DNA of 62,371 bases, counting the filler. It is 3 parts of 3 records of this genome, joined end to end, with 100 filler letters (N's around TTAATTAATTAA, not from the genome) between each part and the next. Parts side by side here need not be neighbours in the genome. Positions count along the whole stretch, not along the records: positions 26,269 to 45,738 come from SRR20825006_2702; 2 more parts are not named here. The stretch is one strand, 5' to 3'. A program made the position numbers and the translations under genes. Shown here one piece after another: positions 29,296-40,142 of this stretch; position 1 is the first letter of the stretch, and each line of letters begins with the position of its first letter. Below the pieces are notes generated by a model, which was not told where the DNA came from, made no database searches, and saw only the letters and a list, made by a program, of their open reading frames with translations.

Positions 29296-30648
29296 ATGAG
29301 CATGACCGAGCATGCGTCCGATAGCCCGGTTTTATGCCGGGATTGTTTTGCCTGGCTGCCAGGGACAGTCATGCATGGAGATGCGCGCTGCCCTAAATGC
29401 GGCTCGCCCCGCATGATCAGCCATCCCGAGCTTCGCGCCCTTGCCATCGCCCATATCGATTGCGACGCGTTCTACGCCACCGTGGAGAAGCGCGACAATC
29501 CGGAGCTTCGCAGCAAACCGGTGATCGTCGGCGGCGGACGCCGGGGGGTGGTCTCCGCCGCCTGCTATGTCGCCCGAACCTACGGCGTCCGCTCCGCGAT
29601 GCCGATGTTCAAGGCACTCCAGGCCTGCCCCAATGCCATCGTCATCAAGCCCGACATGCAAAAATACAGTCGTGTCGGCAAGCAGATCCGCGAATTGATG
29701 CTGTCCGTCACCCCGATGATCGAGCCGATCTCCATCGATGAGGCGTTTCTCGATCTCACCGGAACCGAGAGACTGCACCATGCGCCGCCTTCGGAGACCC
29801 TGTGCCGGCTCATCGCCCGGATAGAGAAGGAGACCGGGATCACCGCGTCGATCGGGCTCAGCTACAACAAGTTCCTGGCCAAAGTGGCTTCCGATCTCGA
29901 CAAACCCCGGGGCTTCGCCATTGTCGGCCAGGAGGAGGCTCCCTCTTTCCTGAAGGGGCGCCCCGTCACCACGATCTGGGGCGTGGGAAAATCCCTGCAC
30001 GAAAAATTGCGGAGCGACGGCATCGAGACCATCGGACATCTGCAGGGTATGGAAGAAGCAGCCCTGATCCGCCGCTACGGCAGCATCGGTGCACGCCTGG
30101 CTCGTTTCTCACACGGCCGGGACGACCGGAAGATCGAGCCTCGGTCACCAGCCAAGAGTGTCTCCTGCGAGACGACTTTCTCTGATGACATCTCGAATTT
30201 TGATGAACTCGACCCCATTCTCTGGAGCCTTTGCGAGGAGCTCTCCTCCCGTCTTAAAACCAAAGCCCTCAGCGGCAGAACCATTGTGCTGAAACTGAAA
30301 ACGGCAGATTTCAAAGGCATTACCCGTCAGGTACATCACCACGGCTCCACCCAGATGGCGGACACACTCTACCGGGCCGGCAAGCGCTTGCTCGAACGCG
30401 AAACCGATGGCCGTAAATTCCGCCTGATGGGCATAGGGGTTTCCGACCTGACCGACCCGGACGGGGCAGACCTGCCCGATCTGGCGGACCCTGGAATGGA
30501 ACATCGCCGGAAGGTGGAGCACGCCATGGATGCCGTCCGGGCGAAACTCGGCACGAAGGCGATCGAGAAAGGCCGCAGTTTCAAGAAAGCCGCCGAGAAG
30601 CAGGGTATCAGCGCCCGCATGTCCGAAGAAAGTGACAGCGATAGCTGA
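29296..30648 (+). CDS. dinB: DNA polymerase IV with N-terminal Zn-ribbon
   Basis: CRDC...CPKC; HIDCDAFYA; SIDEAFLD; KFLAKVASD; start uncertain (29266/29296/29302). Confidence 0.94.
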   Translation: MSMTEHASDSPVLCRDCFAWLPGTVMHGDARCPKCGSPRMISHPELRALAIAHIDCDAFYATVEKRDNPELRSKPVIVGGGRRGVVSAACYVARTYGVRSAMPMFKALQACPNAIVIKPDMQKYSRVGKQIRELMLSVTPMIEPISIDEAFLDLTGTERLHHAPPSETLCRLIARIEKETGITASIGLSYNKFLAKVASDLDKPRGFAIVGQEEAPSFLKGRPVTTIWGVGKSLHEKLRSDGIETIGHLQGMEEAALIRRYGSIGARLARFSHGRDDRKIEPRSPAKSVSCETTFSDDISNFDELDPILWSLCEELSSRLKTKALSGRTIVLKLKTADFKGITRQVHHHGSTQMADTLYRAGKRLLERETDGRKFRLMGIGVSDLTDPDGADLPDLADPGMEHRRKVEHAMDAVRAKLGTKAIEKGRSFKKAAEKQGISARMSEESDSDS

Positions 30649-30669
30649 ACGGTCGGGATATTCCCACTG

Positions 30670-31524
30670 TCAGCATCCGCCCGGTTTGAAACGCTCCAGA
30701 CGTTCCAGCGCGACGTTCACCGTGAATTCCTTGAAATGAATTTCAAGCCGGCGGGCGATACCGTTCTCGTGCAAATCCACGGCAAGTTCGTAATCCGGTG
30801 ACTCGGTCTTGTTTTCCGGTCCATAGAACGCCAGTCTGACCGGCCAGTAAGGCCCGGAGATCAGCGGATCCTCCTCCCCCTGGGGAACAACCTTCAGCCC
30901 GATGGCGGCGGAAACAAACCCTGCCGGCTCAAATTCCGAGCCGTCAAACAGCGATGCCGAAAAGAACTTCTCTCCATTCGCTATTTTCTCCAGCAGGGCA
31001 ATGGTGTGCTGGCTTGGGAACATAACGTCGGACGGCAATTCCATCTCGACCTGCTCCGGCTCGGTGAAGCCTGCCGTGACCGAGCCGGACGAAGACCGCT
31101 GAGCCAGGCCTTCCAGGGCTTCGCCACCACCGGCGCCAAAATCCTTGTCCACGATGAACCGAAATGATGAGCCGTCCTTGGCTTCCCAGGTCGTCATCGT
31201 GGAATCGACGCTGTGCGTCAGCCCCTCGGCATTTTCCAGGATCATCAGGTTTCGTTGATTGATCGCCCAGCCATCGCACGTATCCCGCCACTCGAAGGCC
31301 ATCTTTCCGCCCACGGCAACCACATCGGTCCCGCCGGGCGTGCCCTTCAGGGAAAGCCGGTAAAGCGCCTTGTGCGGTACAATCTGACCCACGGCAGCCG
31401 CCGAAGCCGGCATCGGTCCGGGCATCTGCATCGCGGCAACAACACCGAAAAGCAATGCGGTCAGTTTAAGAACAGGTTTCAAACGGCCCTCCTTCAGGTT
31501 TGCGGAGCCCGGCATTAATGCCAC
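30670..31524 (-). CDS. eipB: Cell envelope integrity protein EipB (DUF1849)
   Basis: PHKALYRLSL, CDGW, TWEAKDG..FRF, FPSQH, FDGS, ENG, C-terminal Cys. Confidence 0.85.
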   Translation of the reverse strand: MALMPGSANLKEGRLKPVLKLTALLFGVVAAMQMPGPMPASAAAVGQIVPHKALYRLSLKGTPGGTDVVAVGGKMAFEWRDTCDGWAINQRNLMILENAEGLTHSVDSTMTTWEAKDGSSFRFIVDKDFGAGGGEALEGLAQRSSSGSVTAGFTEPEQVEMELPSDVMFPSQHTIALLEKIANGEKFFSASLFDGSEFEPAGFVSAAIGLKVVPQGEEDPLISGPYWPVRLAFYGPENKTESPDYELAVDLHENGIARRLEIHFKEFTVNVALERLERFKPGGC

Positions 31525-31665
31525 GGAGAGGACCCGGCACAGCTTGCCCCGTACCCGGCAAATCCTTCCGCCTCTCCACCAATATGGCCTGGCGCCCGGA
31601 AATTGTAACCGGCCACGGATAAAATTTTACGCTTATTTTCAAAGACTTCTAAAAAACATCCTGTC

Positions 31666-31681
31666 TGGCACAAGCCATGCA
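31666..31681 (+). promoter_or_regulatory. sigma54 promoter of the GGDEF gene
   Basis: TGGCACAAGCCATGCA = GG-N10-GC, preceded by an AT-rich tract. Confidence 0.7.
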
Positions 31682-31719
31682 CTCCTTGGTGGCGTGAAAC
31701 AACAGACAGGTGGTGTGAC

Positions 31720-32451
31720 ATGCCGAACCTCATGCACCCGCAGACTCAGGAACTGGAAGACACGGGCTTGACGAACGCTTTCGCAAATCTTGATGTCGGG
31801 AATCTTCTCTCCCGGATGCCGGCGGATATCGCGAACAGGGCTTCTCAGATCGTTAAAGACGAAGATCTGAATGACACTGAAATCGCGCTGCGTCTCGCCA
31901 TGATCGCCATGACGGAAGCGGAGAACCGCATCGCCCGTCAGGAAAAGCGGATTGCATTTCTCGAAGGCCTGTCCGTCACCGATGAACTTACCGGGCTTCT
32001 GAACCGGCGCGGTTTCAGCGACCGCCTGCAGAGCGCGCTCGCCGCGGCGAAACGTCAGGGATTGACCGGCGCAATGTTGCTGATCGACCTCGACAAGTTC
32101 AAAGCCGTCAACGACACCTACGGCCACATGGCTGGCGACGCACTTCTGGTCACCGTCGCGCGCATTCTCCAGTCACGGACCCGCGAGACCGACAGCATTG
32201 CGCGCCTTGGTGGCGACGAGTTCGCGGTCATCATGCCGGGGGCTGACGACGACGAAGCGGCTGCGCGCATTGCAGCGCTGGACGAAGAACTGAACACGCG
32301 GACCCTGCAGTGGAACGGGTCCTCCATCCACCTTCACGCGAGTGTCGGTCACGACGCCTACAGTCAGGACGACACCGAAACCGAATTGCTCGACAGGGTC
32401 GACCGCGCAATGTACGCGCGGAAGCAAAACAGTCCGTTTACGGCGCTGTAA
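31720..32451 (+). CDS. Diguanylate cyclase (coiled-coil + GGDEF)
   Basis: DELTGLLNRR, DLDKFKAVNDTYGH, RETD I-site, GGDEF. Confidence 0.93.
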   Translation: MPNLMHPQTQELEDTGLTNAFANLDVGNLLSRMPADIANRASQIVKDEDLNDTEIALRLAMIAMTEAENRIARQEKRIAFLEGLSVTDELTGLLNRRGFSDRLQSALAAAKRQGLTGAMLLIDLDKFKAVNDTYGHMAGDALLVTVARILQSRTRETDSIARLGGDEFAVIMPGADDDEAAARIAALDEELNTRTLQWNGSSIHLHASVGHDAYSQDDTETELLDRVDRAMYARKQNSPFTAL

Positions 32452-32525
32452 TCGCCCCTGCCTTGCAACCTACTTGTCGATACGGGCATTTGCCTCCTCT
32501 GTCGGCAAGCACCCAGAGCAAACCT

Positions 32526-32557
32526 AAGGGAGCTGAGCAATCAGCTCCCTTTTTTTC
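32526..32557 (+). terminator. Intrinsic terminator
   Basis: AAGGGAGCTGA-gcaa-TCAGCTCCCTT followed by T-run. Confidence 0.88.
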
Positions 32558-32681
32558 TTTCCACCACAAGATGCCTCCGGTTGCCCGGCGGAACGGAAAT
32601 GCCTAGGTTCTGCCTGACGACGACAGCGCACCTCCACCAGTTGCAGCCGTTCATTCCGATGCATCGATAGGAACAAGCCGC

Positions 32682-33011
32682 ATGGCTTATCTCTTTCTCG
32701 CCCTCGCCATTTTCGCCGAAGTGATCGGCACAATGGCCCTGAAGGCGACAAACGGTTTTACGGTCATTCTGCCGTCCGCCATCGTTCTTGTTGCCTACAC
32801 GGCAGCCTTCGTCTTGCTCAGCTTTTGCCTTCGCGAAATTCCCGTCGGTATCGCCTACGGGATATGGGCAGGCATCGGGATTGTTCTGGTGACCGTGGCC
32901 GGAGCCGCAATCTACAAGCAGGTTCCGGACTTCCCGGCCATTATCGGACTGCTGCTGATTGTTGCCGGTGTCACGGTTATTCACGTCTTCTCAAAGACCA
33001 CCGGGCATTAA
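32682..33011 (+). CDS. SMR-family efflux protein (EmrE/QacE-like)
   Basis: AIFAEVIGTMALK..GFT, IPVGIAYGIWAGIG; 109 aa. Confidence 0.92.
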   Translation: MAYLFLALAIFAEVIGTMALKATNGFTVILPSAIVLVAYTAAFVLLSFCLREIPVGIAYGIWAGIGIVLVTVAGAAIYKQVPDFPAIIGLLLIVAGVTVIHVFSKTTGH

Positions 33012-33040
33012 AAAAACACCCGGCCAAGGAACCGGGTGTG
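33011..33040. terminator. Terminator between convergent SMR and SPOR genes
   Basis: AAAAAACACCCGG...CCGGGTGT; T-tail on minus strand. Confidence 0.65.
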
Positions 33041-33092
33041 ATTTCAGAACAGAAAAACGGAGGAGATGCGGACGCCGGCACGGCTCCCCGGA

Positions 33093-34091
33093 TCAATTCG
33101 TGACTTTGGCCGCCCAGGCTTTCTTGCCGGAAACCGGTCCGAGAGCGGATGCCATGGCGATCGCCTCCCGGCCCGTGAAGGGGCCGACAGCCACACGGTG
33201 CCACATGTTGCCTTTGAGCCGCACGGACATGATCACCGGCTTCTGAATCACGCTGGCAGTCGACTCTATCGGATCGAGCATCTCTTTAAGATGCTCCGCG
33301 CGCGCCAGATCCCGGAAAGAACCCAGCATCACGAAGTGATCCGCCAGGTGCGCCGCCCCCTGTCCCGCCACCCGGCGAGATCCCGGCTTCTGCACGGGCA
33401 GAGCCATCGTCTGCGCCGTGCTGACTTGCATATCAGTGGCAGCAGAGGCAGTGGCGGCAACAGGCGCAGCCACATCCGGCACCACTGACCAGCTGGGCAG
33501 TTGAGACGATTGCAAATCCAGCGGGGTATCGACAGAAACAACACGCTGCAGCTCAATTGGCTTCAACGCATGCCGCCCGTCCACGGGGGCGAACCCGGAG
33601 AGTGTCAGATCGTTAAGCGGTGCCAGCCCCTCGCTGATAGCGGAAGGGGCTGCGTTCAGATCGCCTTTTTTCTCAACTGCCGCAAGGAGCGCAGAGGATG
33701 AATCACTGTCCGCATCTTGCGTCCCGACGGCGGGATCCGTTCCGAACAGCGACGCGGTCATGATCGTCGTTCCGGACATCGCCCCTTTAGGAATCGACTC
33801 CCGGTCCACCCAGTCGTCGGCATCGCCCGGGTAATACGCCACGAGTTCCGTCATGGGCTTGGAATTTTCGCCATCATAGGCGCGGCACGGCTGGTCGCCG
33901 AAAACAACACGCAACATCGAGCAATCTTCATCGGCGGCAGCGGAAATGACGTAATCGGACGGTGTTTTCCCGGTGGCAAAAAGCGCGAGACCGGAAAAAC
34001 CAGTCGTTGCCAGACTGATGGCAGGAGGGATCGCCGGAAGGCAACCACACAACAGCACTGGTAGCATTGCCGCCACAAGACCGCGCCGCAT
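33093..34091 (-). CDS. SPOR-domain lipoprotein
   Basis: Lipobox LCGC; TGKTPSDY..S....DC N-motif; C-terminal VMLGSF...HRVAVGPF SPOR domain. Confidence 0.78.
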   Translation of the reverse strand: MRRGLVAAMLPVLLCGCLPAIPPAISLATTGFSGLALFATGKTPSDYVISAAADEDCSMLRVVFGDQPCRAYDGENSKPMTELVAYYPGDADDWVDRESIPKGAMSGTTIMTASLFGTDPAVGTQDADSDSSSALLAAVEKKGDLNAAPSAISEGLAPLNDLTLSGFAPVDGRHALKPIELQRVVSVDTPLDLQSSQLPSWSVVPDVAAPVAATASAATDMQVSTAQTMALPVQKPGSRRVAGQGAAHLADHFVMLGSFRDLARAEHLKEMLDPIESTASVIQKPVIMSVRLKGNMWHRVAVGPFTGREAIAMASALGPVSGKKAWAAKVTN

Positions 34092-34281
34092 ATCGATTTC
34101 CCTGCAAAAAATCAAAGACTTATAGAGCGTAACTCTACCTGCAACTCAAAAAATAGGCAACCCTCGCAATTTACTTCTAATTATTGCCCCGTTTCCGATC
34201 CTTTATGCGCTGAAATCGGGAAGCTGTTTTGGCTCAAAGGCAGCATTCCGCTGTACGGGTTTTCCGTGTATTGAAATCCTC

Positions 34282-35430
34282 ATGACTGTTATTACCGATA
34301 CCGATGCGCTCTCCGCCGTCTGTGCCGAGTTCGCCAAAGAGGACTTCGTGACAATCGACACGGAGTTCATGCGTGAAAAAACCTACTATCCCCAGCTCTG
34401 CCTGGTTCAGTTAGGGACCGACGAAAAGGCTGTGGCCATCGACACCCTGGCGGAAGGGCTTGATCTCGCGCCACTTGTCGATCTGCTGAAGAACAGGGAT
34501 GTGCTGAAGGTCTTCCACGCTGCCCGGCAGGATCTGGAGATTTTCTACCATCTTTGCGGAGAGCTCCCGGCGCCGGTTTTCGACACCCAGGTCGCCGGCA
34601 TGATCTGTGGCTTCGGCGACTCAGTCTCTTACGACAAGCTGGTGCAGAGCCTGACAGGCGTCCAGCTGGACAAGAGCTCGCGGTTCGCTGACTGGTCCCA
34701 TCGCCCTCTCAGCGAGAAGCAGATCGGCTATGCCCTGGCCGACGTCATCCACCTCCGGCCGGTCTATCGTGCCCTGGTGGACAGCATCGAGAAATCCGGC
34801 CGCGCCGAATGGATTGCCGAAGAAGTCGAGAAGATGTCCGAGCCGGCACTATACGACCCGGATCCCGACACCGTCTGGCAGCGCCTCAAGGTCCGCAGCG
34901 GGAAACCAAAATTTCTCGCCGTACTGCAGCAGATCGCGGCATTCCGCGAACGCGAGGCACGGCAGCGGGATGTTCCGCGTAACAGGATCCTGCGCGACGA
35001 TGTTCTGATGGATATCGCCGCCCATGCGCCGACGACGCCCGAAGAGTTGGCCCGCACCCGAACCTTCAATGCGCAGGTTGCGAATGGCCGTCTGGGTCAG
35101 GAGATCATCAAGGTCGTCAACAAGGGCCTGTCCCTGCCGAACGATGCCTGTCCCAAACTGCCGACCAAGAGCGACAAGCGTGAAGCGCCGGGTCCGATCG
35201 TCGAACTGTTGAAGGTGCTGCTGAAAATCCGCTCTGACGAGGAGAAGGTAGCCGCCCGCCTGATCGCAAATACCGCCGACATCGAAAGCATCGCCCTGGA
35301 TGACAACGCGGATGTCCCTGCCTTGACCGGCTGGCGCCGTGACCTGTTCGGCGCGGATGCGATCAATCTCAAGCACGGCCGGATCGGGCTGACCGCCGAA
35401 GCCGGAAAAATCAAACTGATGCGTCTCTGA
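34282..35430 (+). CDS. rnd: Ribonuclease D
   Basis: IDTEFMREKTYYPQLCLVQ, KVFHAARQDLE, FDTQVA, YALADV, HRDC domain. Confidence 0.96.
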   Translation: MTVITDTDALSAVCAEFAKEDFVTIDTEFMREKTYYPQLCLVQLGTDEKAVAIDTLAEGLDLAPLVDLLKNRDVLKVFHAARQDLEIFYHLCGELPAPVFDTQVAGMICGFGDSVSYDKLVQSLTGVQLDKSSRFADWSHRPLSEKQIGYALADVIHLRPVYRALVDSIEKSGRAEWIAEEVEKMSEPALYDPDPDTVWQRLKVRSGKPKFLAVLQQIAAFREREARQRDVPRNRILRDDVLMDIAAHAPTTPEELARTRTFNAQVANGRLGQEIIKVVNKGLSLPNDACPKLPTKSDKREAPGPIVELLKVLLKIRSDEEKVAARLIANTADIESIALDDNADVPALTGWRRDLFGADAINLKHGRIGLTAEAGKIKLMRL

Positions 35431-35458
35431 CAGAGACGCATCGGCCTCCTTCGGCCGC

Positions 35459-36988
35459 TTAATGTTCGATCCGGATTTCCTGACCAAGCGCTTCCGAAAG
35501 CGCCGCGATCCGCCGCGTCACCACATCACCCGCAAGCCCGCCCTGATGGCCGTGCATGCTGATGACGAAGCCTCGCTCGCCGACCATATCCCGCTCCCGC
35601 TCAAGGCGGGCACTTTCAAGTAACTCCGTCGCGCCGCCTGAAAGCGTCAGCGCAAGCCGCAAGGCAAGCCCGACCCGATAGGCCAGGTCCCGGCGGCGGA
35701 GCGACAGCAGCTTGCGGACCCGCTGTCCGCCTTCCTCTTCGATCCCGCCGGTGTAACGGGCAAGGATGGCATAGGCGAGGAAGACCCGATCGGCATGGTT
35801 CATCCCGACGACGGGAAGCCTCAACACCCGGATGAAAGCATGCTCGCCCCGATAACTCGGGTGCTCGCCCCAGGCGAAATCGCTCAGAATGCATGCGGCC
35901 CGGATCAGACGCTGTTCCGATGCGGGGACATCCTCGAAAAACGGTGCGATCCAGCGTTCCAGAACTTCCGGATGGGGGCTGAACCTGCTGCTCTTCCGCG
36001 CGATATCCATGCAGCTATCGACCAGAGGGTCGCGAGCCTGCTCCCCCTGCGGCAGGCGGTCATAGAGGCAGCCCTCACGCAAACCAAAGGAGGAGAAGAC
36101 AACCTGCCGCGCGCGGCCAAGCTCGATGACCCGCTTCAGCACCAGTGCGGTCACGGGAAGCTTTTCAACACGACGCTTCGAGACCGCATCAAGTGCCCGT
36201 AAATCCTTCCGGCCCATCCGCGTGATCTCGTCGAGGAAGCGAACAGCCTCCTCGGAGCCGATTGCATAATGATGGATCACGGCCAGCGGATAGTCCGTCA
36301 GCTCCATGTGGGCACGCGCAAGGCTACGCCAGGCACCACCAACCGCGAACAGGTCGCGATCCGCCATTGCGTCAAGCCAGAGCACGCCGCTCAGGGTCGA
36401 GTCGATCTTGTCCGTCAACTCGTCCCTGTTCTGCCGGGTGAGCTCACCGAGCCGGAGCGGGCCGAGGGGCGTCGTCTCGAAACGGCGGGCCTTGTTATCC
36501 CGGACATCCACCAATTCAAGGCTACCGCCGCCAAGATCGCCGACAATGCCGTCCGCGTCGGGGAACGCACTGATCACCCCGAGCGCGGAAAGTCTGGCTT
36601 CCTCGTCGCCTGACAGAACCATCACGCGGGTGCCGAAGCGGCTTTCAATCTCGGAGACGAATTCAGCACCGTTCCGGGCATCGCGCACGGCCGCCGTCGC
36701 CAGAACCCTGACCTCCGCGACCTGCATGCCCTTGGCTATGGTGAAATAGCGTTCCAGATTTTCCATCGCCGAGCGGACGCCCTGCTCGGAGAGATGACCG
36801 GTTTCCTGCAGCCCTGTGCCAAGACCGCAAAGGGCCTTCTCGTTGAACAGCGGGATCGGCATACGGCCGTCGCCTTCGAAAACGACCAGCCGTATGGAGT
36901 TCGAGCCGATATCAAGAACGCCGACGAGACCACTCCGGTCTGTACCGGAGTTGGAGATCCAGTCGTCTTGAGAAAAGGAAACCGACAA
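35459..36988 (-). CDS. ppx: Exopolyphosphatase Ppx/GppA
   Basis: DIGSNSIRL, ATAAVRDA, DLGGGSLE, GLREG; follows ppk1. Confidence 0.94.
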   Translation of the reverse strand: MSVSFSQDDWISNSGTDRSGLVGVLDIGSNSIRLVVFEGDGRMPIPLFNEKALCGLGTGLQETGHLSEQGVRSAMENLERYFTIAKGMQVAEVRVLATAAVRDARNGAEFVSEIESRFGTRVMVLSGDEEARLSALGVISAFPDADGIVGDLGGGSLELVDVRDNKARRFETTPLGPLRLGELTRQNRDELTDKIDSTLSGVLWLDAMADRDLFAVGGAWRSLARAHMELTDYPLAVIHHYAIGSEEAVRFLDEITRMGRKDLRALDAVSKRRVEKLPVTALVLKRVIELGRARQVVFSSFGLREGCLYDRLPQGEQARDPLVDSCMDIARKSSRFSPHPEVLERWIAPFFEDVPASEQRLIRAACILSDFAWGEHPSYRGEHAFIRVLRLPVVGMNHADRVFLAYAILARYTGGIEEEGGQRVRKLLSLRRRDLAYRVGLALRLALTLSGGATELLESARLERERDMVGERGFVISMHGHQGGLAGDVVTRRIAALSEALGQEIRIEH

Positions 36989-36991
36989 ACT

Positions 36992-39136
36992 TTATTCCGA
37001 GCCGCTCAACTTCTTGGGCATCTCATTCGACCGCTTCAGAGCACTGCCGCGGCCGGACAGGCTCGGATTGGTCATGAAATATTTATGTGCCGAGAACGCT
37101 CCCGCACCGGCAGCGACCCGAACATAGTGACCATCGGGCTCCGCAATCCAGGAATTGGTCTCGTCCTTCAAATTCGCCACCATGATCTGATCCAGAACCT
37201 GGCGGTGAACCGTCCGGTTTTCAATCGGGACGAAATGCTCGACCCGGCGATCCAGATTACGTGTCATCCAGTCAGCGGAGGACATGTACACTTTCGCCTG
37301 ATCGGAGGGAAGCTTCCGGCCATTCCCGAAGCAGAAAATCCGCGAATGCTCGAGGAACCGGCCCACGATGCTGAGAACGTGGATGTTCTCGGACAATCCC
37401 GGCACGCCTGGACGCAGACAGCAGATGCCGCGGATCACCAGCTCGATTTTGACGCCCTCGTTCGAGGCCCGGTACAGCATGTCGATCAGATCCGGATCGA
37501 CCAATGAATTCATCTTCGCCCAGATCGTCGCCGGTTTGCCCTCCCGGGCGAACTGGATTTCCGTTTCGACCAGCTCATGCACCTTCTGGCGCATGGTGAG
37601 CGGCGACAGGGAAAGCTTGTCCATCTGTTGCGGCGTCGCATAACCGGTCATGTAGTTGAACATGCGTGCAGCATCGCGGCACAGGACCGGATCGCAGGTG
37701 AAGAAGGAGAGATCGGTATAGATCTTCGCCGTGATCGGGTGATAGTTGCCGGTGCCGAAATGCACGTAGTTGCGCAGACCGTTGCCTTCACGCCGAACCA
37801 CGAGGGATATCTTGGCGTGGGTCTTCAGATCCACGAAACCGTAGACCACCTGAACGCCCGCACGTTCCAGGTCGCGCGCCAGCCGGATATTCGCTTCCTC
37901 GTCGAACCGGGCCTTCAGCTCGACCATGGCAGTGACTGACTTGCCAGCCTCTGCCGCCTCGATCAGGGCATTGACGATCGGGCTGCCCTTGGAAGTCCGG
38001 TAAAGCGTCTGCTTGATAGAGACCACCGCCGGGTCCGCTGCCGCCTGACGCAGGAACTGGACAACGACGTCGAAGCTCTCATAAGGGTGGTGGACAACGA
38101 TGTCCTTGGCCCGGATCGCCGCCAGACAATCGCCGCCAAAATCACGGATACGCTCCGGGAAGCGTGGATTGAATGGCTTCCAGAGCAGGTCCGGACGCTC
38201 ACTGACGATCAACTGGGACAGGTCCGCGAGGCCAACCATCTCGTCGAGCGTGAAAAGATCCTCTTTTGCCACCTTCATCTCATCGACGACAAAGTTCCGA
38301 AGATCTTCCGGCATGTCCTTATTCATCGAGAGCCGGATGACGTTACCGCGCCGGCGGCGTTTCAGGGCCGATTCGAACGACAGAACGAGATCTTCGGCCT
38401 CTTCATCGACTTCCATTTCACTGTCGCGCAGAACCCGGAAAATACCGTGTCCGGCGACGGTGAAATTCGGGAACAGCTGGTCGACATGCTCGATGATCAC
38501 CTGCTCGATGGCGATGAAGCGAATATCCTTGCCCGGCAGGCGGACGAAACGGCCCACCTGAGCCGGAAGCGGAAGCAACGCTTCCATGTCGATGGCGTTG
38601 GAAGCATCCGTGAGCTGCATGGCGAGGCAGACACCACCGTTCGGCAGAAACGGAAACGGATGGGCCGGATCGATTGCGAGCGGTGTCAGCAGCGGGAAGA
38701 TCTGGTCGATGAAATGACCTTCCAGCCATTTCCGGTCCGCGGCGGTGAGATCGGCTGCCGTAACGAGATGGAACCCGGCGGTCCGCAGCTCACCAAGCAG
38801 CATCGAAAGATACTGCTGCTGTACCGTGATCAGTTCCGCTGCCTTTTCCGCGATAGCAATGAGCTGACTTGTCGGGGAAAGGCCATCCGCGCTCGGCGTG
38901 GTTACGCCAGCATTCACCATGCCTTTCAGGCCGGCGACGCGGACAGTGTAAAACTCATCAAGGTTGGAGGCGGAAATGGAAACGAACCGCAGCCGCTCCA
39001 GCAGCGGGTGCGCGGTATTGTTCGCTTCCTCCAGGACCCGGGCGTTGAAGCCGAGCCAGGACAATTCCCTGTTAAAAAACCGCTCGGGCGATGAAATGTC
39101 GACCTTTGCAGTGCTTTCCGGCTGACTCTCGCTCAC
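36992..39136 (-). CDS. ppk1: Polyphosphate kinase 1
   Basis: [51 protein letters not shown]. Confidence 0.97.
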   Translation of the reverse strand: MSESQPESTAKVDISSPERFFNRELSWLGFNARVLEEANNTAHPLLERLRFVSISASNLDEFYTVRVAGLKGMVNAGVTTPSADGLSPTSQLIAIAEKAAELITVQQQYLSMLLGELRTAGFHLVTAADLTAADRKWLEGHFIDQIFPLLTPLAIDPAHPFPFLPNGGVCLAMQLTDASNAIDMEALLPLPAQVGRFVRLPGKDIRFIAIEQVIIEHVDQLFPNFTVAGHGIFRVLRDSEMEVDEEAEDLVLSFESALKRRRRGNVIRLSMNKDMPEDLRNFVVDEMKVAKEDLFTLDEMVGLADLSQLIVSERPDLLWKPFNPRFPERIRDFGGDCLAAIRAKDIVVHHPYESFDVVVQFLRQAAADPAVVSIKQTLYRTSKGSPIVNALIEAAEAGKSVTAMVELKARFDEEANIRLARDLERAGVQVVYGFVDLKTHAKISLVVRREGNGLRNYVHFGTGNYHPITAKIYTDLSFFTCDPVLCRDAARMFNYMTGYATPQQMDKLSLSPLTMRQKVHELVETEIQFAREGKPATIWAKMNSLVDPDLIDMLYRASNEGVKIELVIRGICCLRPGVPGLSENIHVLSIVGRFLEHSRIFCFGNGRKLPSDQAKVYMSSADWMTRNLDRRVEHFVPIENRTVHRQVLDQIMVANLKDETNSWIAEPDGHYVRVAAGAGAFSAHKYFMTNPSLSGRGSALKRSNEMPKKLSGSE

Positions 39137-39242
39137 GGAACCGTCTCCTCGTCATGACAATTTTGCGAGCCTTCGCGCATAAACAGCGCTTCATTGCTGT
39201 CATAACACAAGTCGGCCCGGGACATGGAATATCCCGGGCCGG

Positions 39243-39276
39243 ACCCTAATCGTGTCACGTTTCAGTTCGATGACAG
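39243..39276 (-). promoter_or_regulatory. Pho box plus -10 element upstream of ppk1
   Basis: Minus strand CTGTCAT-CGAA-CTGAAAC, 10 nt, then TAGGGT. Confidence 0.6.
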
Positions 39277-39314
39277 TCGCGGGCAGTTTTTGCCCGAAAC
39301 AGCCGTACACTGAA

Positions 39315-40097
39315 CTACATGGTGCTGCGGAAGGCTCCGCCATCCATCAGCACGTTCTGACCATTGATGAACCCGGCATGATCACTGCACAGGAACGCGC
39401 AGGTCTGACCGAATTCGTCCGGGGTTCCGAACCGTCCCGCCGTGTGCGCTGCGGCCTGCTGGGCGTAGAAAGTCTCGAAATCGACGCCTGCTTTTTCGGC
39501 CTGCAGCTTCATGTTGCCCCGCAGCCGGTCCGTGTCGAACGGGCCAGGCAGCAGGCCGTTGATCGTCACACCATCCTTCACGACTTCCCGGGCAATACCC
39601 GCGCAGAAGCCGGTCAGACCGGCGCGGGCGCCGTTGGAGAGACCGAGAATCGCGATCGGCGATTTCACCGCGCCGGAGGTGATGTTGACGATGCGGCCCC
39701 ATTTACGCTCGATCATGCCATCTATGGTCGCCTTGATCAGCTCAATGGCGGTCAGCATGTTCGCGTCGACGGCCTTGATCCAGTCGTCACGCGTCCAGTC
39801 CCGGAAATTGCCTGGCGGCGGGCCTCCCGCATTGTTGACCAGGATATCGAGCTTGCTGTCGAACGGCGCCAGCGCCTTCGCGCGGCCTTCGTCGGTGGTG
39901 ATATCGCATGCGACGGCATGGACGGTCGCACCGGTCGCAGACCGGATTTCCTCGGCCGTTGCCTCGATTGCTTCCGGCGTCCGCGAGCAGATCGTCAGAT
40001 CCGCGCCGTTTTGTGCGAGGGCCATCGCCGATGCCTTGCCGAGCCCTTTGCTCGACGCGCAGACGAGAGCTTTCTTCCCTTTAATTCCCAGATCCAT
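39315..40097 (-). CDS. SDR family oxidoreductase (atypical active site)
   Basis: CASSKGLG, NNAGGPPPG, LSNGAR in place of YxxxK. Confidence 0.9.
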   Translation of the reverse strand: MDLGIKGKKALVCASSKGLGKASAMALAQNGADLTICSRTPEAIEATAEEIRSATGATVHAVACDITTDEGRAKALAPFDSKLDILVNNAGGPPPGNFRDWTRDDWIKAVDANMLTAIELIKATIDGMIERKWGRIVNITSGAVKSPIAILGLSNGARAGLTGFCAGIAREVVKDGVTINGLLPGPFDTDRLRGNMKLQAEKAGVDFETFYAQQAAAHTAGRFGTPDEFGQTCAFLCSDHAGFINGQNVLMDGGAFRSTM

Positions 40098-40142
40098 GGA
40101 TAATGCTCCGTTTGTTTGATTTTTTCGTTTGTGGTTCCGACG

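Noticed and set aside
32560-32681. Possible guanidine-II riboswitch before the second SMR gene (GACGACGAC)
   Set aside because: No pair of GC-rich hairpins with ACGR loops; the protein is EmrE/Qac-type
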